Source: Botryllus schlosseri (taxonomy: Eukaryota). From it: a stretch of 64,000 nucleotides of DNA. Below, piece after piece: positions 11,965 to 24,358 of this stretch. The notes under the pieces were generated by a model. The model did not search any database, was not told the DNA's origin, and was given only the letters and a program-made list of their open reading frames with translations. The position numbers and the translations under genes were made by a program. The first letter of the stretch is position 1. Each line of letters opens with the position of its first letter. Location: assembly GCA_051294905.1 (NCBI GenBank), contig CM119372.1, forward strand, positions 30,754,001 to 30,818,000, in the 5' to 3' direction.

Positions 11965-12966
11965 CAGGGGCGGGCAACATACGGCCTGCGGGCTGGATCC
12001 GGCCCGTGGTGCGTTTATTCCCGAAAAGTGAAATTTTATTCTGAAAGTATTGACAAATTTTATGCGTCACGGAATGAATCCGAGTTTGCTAACCTGCGAA
12101 ATATGGACATTAAACTTCTTGCTCTATTCGGGTGAATCGAGTCTGCATACATCTTCAACCATGAACATTAACGAGACAAGGCTGCGTTTTAATATAACTG
12201 ATGTTCACGTTCAGTCTATACTAAGGGTTTCTACATGCGACATCCAGCCAGAGTTAATGTGTGATAGTCTTCAACCTATCAAACAATCAATCAATCGGCA
12301 GATTATACTTTCATCTGCATCTGCTCTAAACACACACATAGGGGTGCGGTCTGCGGCCGCATCACCAATAGGTTGCGGGTTCGAATCCGTCCGAGGTCGA
12401 CTTCAAAATTCTTACCCAAGTGTTGCAAGTTTATCTGGGCTCCTCCTCGCCACCTCATCTGCGTAAGCGGTGTCTTACAAAGAGCCTGGAAGTGCACCGT
12501 ACTAAAAGTCGGCAGTTTCGGAATAAAAATGAAGTATATTGGCCTGGTGTAATGGCCTGGAGTACCACAAAACAAAGAAACAAATAAAGATGCACACATA
12601 ATGTTCAATGCGATATACAAGACACACTATGCGATATAATGAACAGTTAGCTGGTTCACGGTATAGAACTTGAAGAACTTGAACTACAATGAATGAAGAA
12701 ATGAACAGAAAGGGGCATGCCGAACGACCAACCGGTTGGGGTCTCTTGAACTGACACTGGCATCCACCATAAGCTACTGTTAATAATTTCATTAAATAGG
12801 CCTACTGTTTTTGGTCTCTATGGTTTAAACTTGAAGTTTACATTAAATACGATTTCCTTGCATAGGTGTATATTCGCGATTAATGTATATATTCTGTAAT
12901 CCGGCCCTCGAAGTCTTCATTTTCCCATACATCCGGCCCGCCGATCGGAGAAGTTGCCCGCCCCTG
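11965..12966. mobile_element. hAT (Charlie-type) non-autonomous element, 1002 bp, containing a SINE
   Basis: Perfect 14-bp TIRs caggggcgggcaac / gttgcccgcccctg, ccggccc subterminal motifs, exact TSD CAATAAAC. Confidence 0.92.
12341..12588 (+). mobile_element. tRNA-derived SINE, copy 1
   Basis: Pol III B-box GGTTCGAATCC at 12378-12388; body shared with 55091-55380, 59696-59905 and 62034-62182; ACAA-rich tail. Confidence 0.75.
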
Positions 12967-15369
12967 CAATAAACACATGAAATCAAGACTGACCCCGTAT
13001 GCCTGCTAGATCTTTTACATCAGACAACGATATCAATTTCATTGATTGATTGAATATCGAATAAGCATTATTTGCTGACTGCCTACAATATAAGTAGTGC
13101 ATGTCGCTCTAGGTGTTGTGTTATTGCGAGACAAGTTCACAGCAGATAGTCACTAAATATCCGAGCAAACTTTTGTAACAAAGCAAGTAAAATAGTTCAG
13201 ATTGTCAAGGTGAATGCTCGTTTAGTGATGATTTTTTTATGCTGCCAGCGCCATTGATATAGTGGCCCACAGTTGAAATGCAATAAATTTCAATCAAAGA
13301 TGTTCAGTAAGGGAAACTTATGAAAATCTCTGAACTATATTTTTACCAATAAATTTCTTCATAAATATGTTTGTTGAGGTGTGTAGTAACATGTGTTACA
13401 ATGTTGAAGTTCAACTCTTGTGGGAAACCCCCAAAAAGCTGTTAAATTTGACGATTTAAAAAAAAAAAATTTTTATCGCCAATAAGTAACTTAAGACGGG
13501 TTTAATAATGGTGTTTCATGATTCTCACTTGATTGTTGACGCTTATATTTCACTACACTCTCTGCTTTGTGAGAACACCACACCCACTTTTATATTTGTT
13601 CGCGAAACAGTCTTTATTTCACGTGCTTATGTTTACTGAAGAGTTATTTCCCATGCACAATATCAGACTCAACATAACCGTGACTGCAATTTTTGCATGT
13701 AAGGCCTTTACATACTCCACAGGCCGAAATGCATGTGACCTCATTCTTCTTGCAGCTGCATATCCGGTTGTCGCAATCTTTATGACAATTAGGCTACAGC
13801 CTGTGAACTGCAATAGCTCGTCAGGAGCAATGGGTTCCAGTGTTCGAACTGGTCCATATCCATGCACGCCTATTGTTCATCCGTATTCGCTGGGGTTCAG
13901 AGACATGTTCTGTAAAAGAATCCAATCCCGGGTCTGCAGGTTCGCGCGGAGTGAACGTTTTACAGCTGCACCCTCTGTTAGAGGTAGTGTCTCTGGTTCC
14001 ATCACTCCTGCCGCTGTCTTCCTTGAGAACATGTTTTATCATTTGGTGAACTGCTGCAACCATCAAGGAACACAATGACATGCTGAAAGCAACGCCCCAG
14101 ATACTGCACGTAGTTCAGGAAATTGTTAGCAATTCCCAGTCATGTTAGACGTTGTTCCCACGTTGCCATGTACAGAAGTCATCCACCATCAGTTACGAGG
14201 GTACAGCATTGTTAGTTATGGTTAGTCAAGTCCAGTGGGTTACAATTGAAAATTCTCCAATGTTAGCCTTGTTCATCTTCTGTTTTTTTTCTGAAGGGAG
14301 GCTCGAAGCCACCTGAGAGAAATGCTTTTTCTTGAACTCGGAATGAGTTCAATTTGTGCTGAAACTTCCAAGTTTCAACAATGGCAATAACCCTAATTAG
14401 GCCTATACTTCGATTTGAAATCCGCCGTACCATTCGCACACTGATATGCTAGATTTTTAGTGATACCGAACCTTGCACTAATAAGAAGACATCCTTGAAT
14501 GAAGTGTAGCTGGTAAATGCGTGTAGCTGTCATTGGTTTTTGATTTAGGTTATGGTCTGGTCTGTTTGAGCTAACCTCAAATGTGGTAATAGAAGAGGTT
14601 AGGCACCAAAATCGCTAACATGTATATGTGCTACATGCCATCATTGCACAAGGCTATGTTTAATAAAGTATTCAACTGGAATTCCATATTTGAGAAGTGT
14701 CTCAATAGCCATAATACCTCCCGTGCCACCAAACAATACATTCGGATTGCAAACAATCTGCTTTAAAAAAAATATTTTTCGATATAACGATAAGGGGGGA
14801 GCGAAATATTTCACTGTCATCAAGGGGTGTGTCGAAACAAGTTTGAGAACCACTGGGGAATGATGATGGCGTGCATGTGTGAAGCATCTTGATACCAATG
14901 CAGGACAGATTCCCATGGTCGTCTACGAGTCACCCGGTTCCGATAAGAACCTTGAGCATGTCTACCATGTGGTGGTACTCCACCCAAAGTGAAGGTGCTC
15001 GCCCTCTTTTTGCGAATCGATTGAACGTGTTTTCAACCCTTCGCTCGCAGTCCTGGTTTGGCTCCCATTTCCCCATCAGCCATATTTTCCATGACCGACT
15101 TCATGTCACCACGCTCATCCTCAGTTGAAGCAATTTTCATGGTATGTTGATAAATAGCTGCATCGATCAGGAGGTGATCGCGGATTGTCTTGTCAGAACA
15201 TCCTCCCTCCATGATGAGACTGGCTGTTGTGCTTCCGGCATTTATCAACTGGATCACATCACATCTAGTTGCCCAGAATCTTCCATGTTGTTACCAATTG
15301 ATCCAAGATAAGATTTCAATGTAGGTGAAAACCACCCAACCTTGGAATGACTGGTAAATTGGTCTGCTT

Positions 15370-16097
15370 CAGAGTTGTAATGGCTCGAGTTATGACTCGA
15401 CTCGAGTCACGATTTGGTGACTCGACTTGACTCGAGTCATTTTTTCCAATGCGTAAGATAACTCGACTCGAGTCAATTTTTGTATGACTCGACTTGTACT
15501 GGAGTCATTGTGCATGACTCAAAACTAGGACGGCCAAGTCAGACATTTCATTATAACATAGAAGAATAGTAAAGTTACCACATTATTGGTATTTCTTCTA
15601 TCAGCCCTGATACTTGAAAATAGGGCCAGAAACTGTTAGAACTGAGGAAAATTACTATGATTACTATGTTTTAATAAAGAGCTTCTTGGAGATACAGAAC
15701 TTTAATATACAATTGAATATTATGTTCATGTTGAAATAAACCCGAATATTTTCGACTGACACTCGTCAGGGGTAATTCTCTACTAGTTGATGACGATGAA
15801 TATACTATTTAATTGTATATCTAATGAATGCGAGCCATTCTATGTCTTTCGAGCAGAGTTGAAAAAGGTGTATTGAACGAATTGAATTGGAAACTGAACA
15901 CTGAACAGTGAACATAATGACTTGGACTCGGACTATAGTCAAAATACGATGATGACTTGGTCTCGACCCTATACTAGCTTACTTGGACTCGGACTTGACT
16001 CGGTGGTGAATTGAAAATGACTCGAGTTGACTCGAGTCAAAATTATAAAAGTGAGATTTAGTTGTGACTCGGACCTTGTGACTTAGTTACAAGCCTG
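15370..16097. mobile_element. hAT-like MITE with GACTCGAGTC arrays (same family as 50880-51421, opposite orientation)
   Basis: Termini cagagttgtaa / ttacaagcctg; dense gactcg/cgagtc repeats at both ends; homologous to 50880-51421; TSD degraded. Confidence 0.8.
15677..15820 (-). mobile_element. Penelope-like pLTR fragment with hammerhead motif (15773-15740)
   Basis: aacccgaatattttcgactgacactcgtcaggggtaat, plus a short inverted tail (gaatatactatttaattgtatat). Inserted inside the 15370 MITE. Confidence 0.75.
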
Positions 16098-19000
16098 GTC
16101 TATGCTTTTTATTTTATATAGATAGCCGGAAGATCGACGGTCACTATAGCGACTCCAGCGCGCTATGTGCAGTGTGCAGCTGTGCACTCTTTAAGATAGG
16201 TGAAGATGGTTTTGAGGTCATTAGGGTGTCCTTCAATCACTGGAAGGAACTCGATATGTGTGTGCATTTCGCATCATTAGCATTTATTCTCTTCATCCAG
16301 CCATTCCAGTTTGAATGTTGAAGCTCATGATCGTTGGCTTTATAATAATTAACCCACACCGCTGCTCATAGTGTGTTACCTGGATAGATGAGAGGCTGAT
16401 CAAAGCCGATCCATGAGCCAAGGATCAGAAATTATGGTGAAACAGCAATGAACCATGCAGTAACCATCGACTATCAACTCACACAAGGCCGTACTGCGTT
16501 CATAGTCGCTTTTTTACTTCGGTACAATTGCGTGCATCTTACAGAATGGAATGATACACAAAAAACCGTTTTAGCCCATGCTGCATGGCTTAGAACTGTA
16601 CTCGAGGAATTACTGTACTGATTTTGATCCTATGTACGTGTGTTTTATCCAGTAATACAGTATGCAGAATTTGTTGAATCGTTTGGTATCGAATTACCGA
16701 ACGGTGTACTTCTGACGGTATAACTATGCCATTAGGGCCATATATTTTCCACAAAACAGTCTGTAGTAAAATGTAAATTTTAAAAATCAATGGAGAATCA
16801 TGAAAAACCATTATTAAACCCATCTTTAGTTACTTATAGGCGATAAAGAATTTTTTTTAATTTTATTTATTTTTTTATTTTTTCAAATTTGTCAAATTTA
16901 ACAGCCTTTTTTCTGGGTTTCCCCACAAGAGTTGAACTACAACATTTTAACACATGTTATAAAAGACCTTGACAGACAGATTGGTGAAGAAATTGTTTGG
17001 TAACAATATAGTTCACAGATTTGTGAATTATTCCATAAAATGCCCTTACTAGTTATAATGAAGTGAAAATTTGAAAAAGGTTCACAGTGCAGAACCTACC
17101 AAGGTTCGTTTATGAACACGAACCTCTAAATTTCCGAGGTTCACACAGAGAACGCGAACGTGAACCTCACGTTCACAGCATCCCTACTAATTTCCCATAT
17201 AAACGACATTTGTGCGTGAAGTAGTGGTCGATCGCTTCATTGTCACAATGCGACAAATCATAAGCAAATATAAAATAGGCTTAGTCAACCGATCACGAAG
17301 TGGGTAAAATTTACCGGTTTTTGAGAATTCTTTTCCAGTTTTGCATGTCTGAAATTTCTGAAAACGTGTCCTCTTTTTACATTTCCAAAATATGGTAAGC
17401 CTAATATAAAATAACGATTGTGAATCAAGTGTTCGTGGCATTGTCGTATATAGTAGCTGCATATGTTCTTCACGTAGCCTTCAATTAACCACAGCACATT
17501 TTTGGTTTATCCTAGTTTCTGAGACAGTATATTTTTGATAAGCGCAGGGAATACATTACTGATAAACTAATGACTTCGTCGGCTGTTAATGTTTGCTTGT
17601 CAAATGACACAGTGACAATGAAACGTAACACCACTTGAGTTCCGTTTGAATTACGTCGATATGATAAGATTGCACCGTACAGGCGACTCTAGAATAGCCT
17701 GCGCCTCTGTGACATACTGTCTCATTCTATATCTGGAAGCAAACATATCTCATTAAAATCTTACTGTAACGAACGGTGAATAATAACCTCTCAGAGATAA
17801 CCACCGCCATTTTTTCGTTCTTGTTTACCTGGGTAGGTTCGCAACGAAGAGAATTCTGTTGAGTCAATGGTTTGTGTACCGTAGGCAAACGAAAAATAGG
17901 CTTGTTGTCAAGCGTTGTTTCTACTACAGCTACATTCAATCTATATGGACCGGAATCCGCTGAGGTAGATTGAGAACAGTACACGCAGTTTTGGCGAAAT
18001 GAGTTGAGTTGTTGCACCTTGGATATAGCCTTGTCGCGTTATTGTATTTTATTGGATGCTAATCGAATAAGCATCATCAGGCAGTTGGCTTTGGATGCGT
18101 AGACGCTCAGTCGATGTAACCTCCAGTATATTGCTTTAGGTATTTAACCGTCACACAAGATGTGTGACAGACACGTAAGAAAATAGGCCTCATTATTCAA
18201 TCCTACAGGCTATTATTCGAGAATGAGCAATGGGTATTGTGTATATGGGTTATTCTTCGCAGACAGAATGTTTTGGTCGAGGGTGTGACGCGAAAGGATT
18301 GCAATTCACAACAGCATGACATGACATTGGCACAGCCAACGGCACTGTGTACTTGTACTCGTCAGATGTCTTCGTAATTTCGTTAAATAATAAGCTGCCA
18401 CACAGGCTTGTGACAAAGCTAGAGATTTGTCACCCTAGACTGACAAATATCGCTAGATTGACAGAATCAGCACTAGTTTTGAAATTTACAACTCACCTAG
18501 ATGCAGTGAATCTTTCCTCAGGAAATTATACTGATTGTTCATTCCAGTTAAGTTTATTTTTAAGAATTTTCATCAATTCAAAACACCACAACACTGCGAT
18601 TCAATGACAATATAGGAAGGTGTCGAAACTACTTGTTATTCCAGATCTGTCGTAGGATGTTGGGTATGCTCGCTTTACGTAAAATTCAGCAAGTTTTCTC
18701 CATTTTACGACATTGGACAATAATGCTCTGTATTTACGCATTATTAATGAAGCGTCACCTTCCTCACTAAAATGAAACTAGATGCGGATTTGGGGTTAGG
18801 AGTAGAGGCAATATTTAAGGTTGGCCGGGTTTGTCTCAGTTAACTTCACGGGAAGTGGAGAATCTACGTCAGCGTAGGCACTCTACACAACCAGAAACTG
18901 TAGATTGTGTCAGTGAACAAGGTGAACATTATATCAAAATTCAAATGTGCATGACATGACATAACATGTGTACGGTTTGCATAGAAATAAAACAAATGTA

Positions 19001-19740
19001 ATTTCTGGACTAAGAGGTATATACCATTTGACCGGCATGGAATACACAGCAATTATGCGCTGTTCGTGATGGTTAAATCTTTTACTAGTGACTATGTCGT
19101 GTATGTGCTGTGTGGGCCAATGTTTTCCTGTCCACGCTGTCCCGCAGTGCCTAATGCCTACTTGTCTAGTCATATAACGCGTTTTATATTTTGGCTGCGT
19201 TACAATGCATCTACTAGTACGACGGCGTCACGCCTTTGTAGATTTTTTTGTTCACTTAAAGTCGCACGCAAGATTATGTTTCTTGTTGAGTATCTCTTGC
19301 ATTATCTACATACATAGTGCCAAGTTTAATCCTTATTGGGGTGGATCAGTTAGGCACTTAGCATTTGAGTAATACTAACTCTTTTATCTAAACTGTCAGC
19401 GCGGAAAATATCTCGTCGAACCGCGACACGATAAAACATGCATGGTTACTTGGTTATTGCGTGTATATCACCGCATTTATGTAACCAAAGGCTGATAAGA
19501 CGGCCGTCGGTCGAATGTAATAACTACATCCCGAGATTGTAATATGAACGGAGAACGGCCATCCTGAATGCATACAGAAATAATATTATCCTCACAGAAT
19601 TTTCTGGCATTTAGTTCAACTGCCAAAGACTTTCACCGCATTTACAGCAGCCGATGGGATCTGATCTTTGGCGCGTCACAATTTACTTGGTTTTGCTTGT
19701 TATTCGATAAAAATTAAATAGTATATTCATATTGAAATGA

Positions 19741-19774
19741 ACCAGAATATTTTCGGCTGACACTCGTCAGGGGT
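19741..19774 (-). ncRNA. Minimal hammerhead motif (one stem I mismatch)
   Basis: Reverse complement reads ACCC-CUGACGA-GUGUCAGCC-GAAA-AUAU-UC-UGGU. Confidence 0.65.
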
Positions 19775-20017
19775 AATCGTCAGCAACTAGTAGAGAATTG
19801 GAAAGAACATTGTATATCAACAATCGAATCACTTGGAATCAACTTTTGTCAAAATACACCAACCAAAACTCTGTCAACAAAAGGAGTGCGTGTACCACCT
19901 AAAAATAGTACATTGAACGCTCTCTCATTCGAAATTTCATGCTGGTGACATCATATTTTGTGATACGATTGCTGATAAACAATGTTCTTTCCAATTCTCT
20001 ACTAGTTGCTGACGATT

Positions 20018-20051
20018 ACCCCTGACGAGTGTCAGCCGAAAATATTCGGGT
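20018..20051 (+). ncRNA. Minimal type I hammerhead ribozyme motif
   Basis: ACCC-CUGACGA-GUGUCAGCC-GAAA-AUAU-UC-GGGU: catalytic core CUGANGA and GAAA, UH cleavage site, 4-bp stem I, palindromic AAUAUU in place of stem III. Confidence 0.8.
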
Positions 20052-23000
20052 TCATTTCAATATGAATATACTATTTAATTGTATATTGAAGTTCTGTACC
20101 TCCAAGAAGCTCTTCAATTATTCGATAACCCAAAATTCGTTATAATTACACATTACAGGTTACAGTGGACATGTTCACCTATTTCTCACATCATTACTAG
20201 CATTTACCGCTGCACTGAACCAATTGCCCACGCGAAGGATAGTGGGAGACATGTGCAATTGTGCATTTGTGCAATTTCTACCGACACTGACATTGCCTAC
20301 ACTAGTGCACAATTGATGGATAGAATAGAAGTCAGAAGTCAGAGTCAGAAGATATCAATAAGACCTCTATGATATGCAAAATTATACTAATGTATATTAT
20401 GAATAGTCTTGAAAATGAAGCGTCTCGCTGGAAAACAATAGGGCATAATTTGAAGGCAGCATTTTGGTATTATACGACACCAATGATCCGGACTGCAAGC
20501 GATCAAAAGATTTGAATCCCGCCCGTGACCAAAATTGAGTTTGACATCCCTATAGTAGGCCTATGATTAAGGTCGGCAACCTTTTTTGTTGAGTTAAAAT
20601 GAGTCAAAATGGGCATAAATGACGCTAAATAGGAAGTCCGTGGTTCGAACGATTGTGGCGACCATTTTTTATTTTTTATTTTATTTATTTTAGTCAACTC
20701 CAGTATGTTTATGTAAAAAGTGTGTAAATCAGGCGTCGAACGAAAGTGATTACCTTTTTTCTTAAGTCAACCAACCATAAAGTCGGGAAAATATACCATT
20801 TTCAAAAAGTGTCCTCATGCCGATTTCAAAATATGGTAACCCTACTGTAACACGTCTTGTCATTGCCACATTGATGGCCCGTATGATATATGCACGTTAT
20901 GGGTAAGCAACACCTTCAGTGACTTGGAGCCTCGCCACAACATCAAACATTTAGAACATTTAGAGCGTTGCGAATTGTGCGTGGTCTTATTTTTTCACAT
21001 CCGATCCGTTTTTATTACTTGCTGAGTGCGTTCGCGGGAACGATAATAAAGTAATCTGGTTTTCATATTTGGTGAGAAATAAATTCGCAGCATTGCTTGG
21101 TGGAAAGGCTCAGCGTGCATCTAACTGTTATTGTGCCATTACGTCAAGGAATAATAAGGCTAGTTGTTGGATTTGGTATAGGAAGGGGTACACTATCCTG
21201 ACTACTCCACACACATGTTTCAAATAAAGATATCAACTTGGTTAGTTTTATATTTTCATCAGTGAACTTGACTTCTATAATTCTGAACTTTCACTTAACT
21301 CCGAATAGTATATACATTTTTGCGAACCAGTAGCAAATACCTCACGGACGAGCGGTGGTCCGCGGAGCAGTGGTTGCCGACCACTGGCCTACGGTATATC
21401 GTGTCGCAGTGTAATGTATTGTCAAGTAGAATCATTTTTGTGTATATGCAATATGCAAGGTATATACGGAATGTAAAGGCGCAGTTTACTGTCTTTCAAT
21501 GCTCTTTAATGACCACTTATGCTACAAAGCGTATACTTGTCTATGTACCTGGGCGCTATTTGGCAGAACTATAAGATTAAAATATGCTAATCAGTATACG
21601 ATGGCGTAGGGCAGTAATTTCTATAGGAAAATATAAAAGATCTGGTCGGATTGCTGGTAGCCCCTGGAATTTTAAGATCTCCAAATATAACAGAGCAGAT
21701 GTGTGAGAAGTGAATTGATAAATAGCTGAATGGGCCGCGCGTTTTATAGACTGGGACTGCGTTATCTACGCAGGTGCGCCAACCAAATCTTCTCTTGCAT
21801 GTAATCCGTGATTTCCCACAGAATATAGCATACGTTTAATTTTTCTACGCGAGTGATAACTCTGTATGGTTTGCTAATTGAAGGTTTCGTTTGTTATTGG
21901 CTTTTAGTCATTTGTTAGCTTTGGATCCGCGCGCGGAGTCATGATGACGGGACATATAATGCTTTGCGATGGCGATAGCTGGTATTTGAAATATACAGGG
22001 AAGAGGACGGATATTTTATGATCGTTTCTCTCTCAAAATAGTAATGTGTGCGATGCCGACAGTAAGAATGAATAGGGCTTTTTATATGGTACAATAGGTG
22101 GCGGAAAATATATCGAAGTTAACGCTAGGATGTTGTTTCTAGTATTTCACCAATATGTGTCCACTGTCCATATCCAGCGTACGATTTGGATTGTACGTAG
22201 TTACCGCTGAATTCTTAACTGGTAGGTCTCAGGTGTAGGTAGTTTGACTTAGCGACCCAAATTCCTAATCCAATTTAATGGCTTCGACATATAGACACAA
22301 AGCCTGTTATTGGTATTCACCGCGCAAGAAAGACGGTGTGATTTATCACCATGTTAGATATCAAGTCGTTATTGCGTGATTATACCTCGTTATAACATGA
22401 TTTTACAGTATGACGTTGTTCCTAGTTAGTTAGTAGTTAGTCCTATATTGTAGTGTTCTGTTAAAAATCATGGGATATGAGGATTCTTGGAAATGCCGCT
22501 ATTGAAAGTTTACGATTCGGCGATTTATTCTACAAAGGACATTTAATGCTTATGAAATGTGCGCTGTCCACGATATAGATACCAATCATCAGAATTATGT
22601 AAGCGAATGCACACTTCCCGTAATGATGAATAGGTTTACATCTTACCAGACGGCTCCCCAACAACACATGATTTATGTCTGAGCAAACTACGATGTTGGT
22701 GCATTTGTCTTGTGATACCATAATTTGAGGTTGAGCGGAGTGCAAGCGGAGTTTCTGAAATCTCTCAACCCTCAATGCTGTTCGGGCAGAGGCGTGAATG
22801 AGGTATTGAAAAATAGAATATGGAGATGTTACCTCGGTTCGGAAGTGTGGTGTTCGCAACCATATTAGGATTCTTCGATTCGAGCGATTTTGGAAAGTCC
22901 AGACTTCGATTTGGTTCGGGCATAATACCTACTAGATTCTACATCTCAGCTAGAATACTACGCTTCACTCCGAAACGGTATTAGAGTATTGGGATTTTAA

Positions 23001-24358
23001 AGTAGTAAATTGATTTTTCCCAAGGCCCTCAACAGACTCGTTCATTGAGCGCAGTAGGATTTGCGTTTTGTAATGAGATAGTCAGCCGGTCTCTCCCGTG
23101 TTTGGAAGTTACAAGTTAGGTTACCACTATGGATCACAGCTCAGTGCTCATTGATACGCATTGCTTAGGTGGTAATCACTGAGCCAATAAATCGTGGTGC
23201 ATTAGTTATATCACAAACCTATAAAATATTATTCGATATTTCAATTCTATATTCAGCTGATATCAATGCAATGATTAGCTTATAATTGGGGTGATATTGT
23301 CAACATGATGAACAATATGCCATGACACTGATATTTAACTGTCTCAACGAAATCCACATAATTATTTATCATTGCATCACTTTATACTCTATAGCAGTAA
23401 GCTATTTTTACTAGGGCTGGGCGCAATGGTTCGAGTACTCGTATCCAAATCGAGCATTAATTGTGTTGGTCCGCGTCCGGATAGTGAGAGACGAATTTTC
23501 CGAGTTCTGAAATTATACGTTCATTTCTACTATGAATTACAGTTTTGATACTCGTTTCCCAACGTGGAACGTGAATCTTGAAATCTCATTGGCCCGATCA
23601 CATTACCCAGAAAATGCAGATCAAAATTATACGCACATCAGTGGAAATGACATTTCTGTAAAATCGGGATCAACGCACACCATCGCCACCAAGTGCAACG
23701 AAATAGATAGAACTTGCATTATTATCTTTGTGGCCGCATAAAGGGTGCACATTTGAATTTTCCACATCATCCATACTATGATGATCATGAGTGATCCTCG
23801 ATTCCAAGCTTAATACTCGATTCGCAATTAAATCACGCAGGAAGTCCATTTTAACCTAGCACTAATTCCTACAGTTTGAAACATTTTCCTGAAGCCTTAA
23901 CCCTACATTACCAAAATACCAATTCATTGTAGAGTAGATACAACGAGATGCATATCACCCGATATGACGCGCATCAGTCGTAAATCTCCAAACGTCTGCT
24001 GGTTCTGGACTGCGGACATCTGTCATCTCGCGATAAACAAATTTATTTGCAAAGCAATCCACATTCACACTAGGGTGACGAGAGAGTAACCCAGCTTTAA
24101 AGTCGCCAAAGTCGCTGAACCGCAACGTATCATAGTAACCATATAATCGAACAACAGTTGTTTGATAGCAGCAGATAAAGTACTAGACTTATCTTACCAT
24201 AGCTTACCTTACCTGATCACGATCAGTCGAGTCATCGCGTGTGGCCAGTAGTTTCAAAAACAGTGGTTCAATATCGATTTCCCAAATTTTACCTACACTA
24301 CAGAGGCCAAGATGTATCTGTCATGTTTTTCATAGGATAGCATATTCCTACTCTAGAC

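Larger units (their letters stand above)
13308..17048 (-). mobile_element. Decayed Academ-type DNA transposon with long TIRs and nested insertions
   Basis: Diverged inverted repeats at 13308-13526 and 16793-17048 (taaggg.../...ccctta). Minus-strand remnants, in order: IEFLPVIEGHPNDLKTIFTYL, IVTVDLPAIY, RLGGFH..LKSYLGSIG, SLWVEYHHMVDMLKVLI, PETLPLTEGAAVKRSLRANLQTRDW..LNPSEYG, APDELLQFTGC..NCHKDCDNRICSCKKNEVTCISACGVCKGLTCKN (Cys8/CXC tail). Confidence 0.75.
19711..20117 (+). mobile_element. Complete short Penelope-like insertion with inverted 5' pLTR and 11-bp TSD
   Basis: Left ~120 bp are the reverse complement of the right pLTR. ORF end LESTFVKIHQPKLCQQKECVYHLKIVH* lies at ~19833-19916. Flanked by TTATTCGATAA at 19700-19710 and 20118-20128. 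Confidence 0.85.

Noticed and set aside
12341..12400. tRNA gene (B-box GGTTCGAATCC)
   Set aside because: No convincing cloverleaf or poly-T terminator; it continues into a repeated body and tail, so it is a SINE head.
13533..14078. 181-aa + strand ORF
   Set aside because: Antisense shadow of the minus-strand Academ coding relic.
15375..16090. Regularly recurring GACTCGAGTC words suggesting a CRISPR-like array
   Set aside because: No constant repeat/unique spacer periodicity. They are subterminal repeats of a MITE whose sister copy at 50880 has an 8-bp TSD, and the context is eukaryotic.
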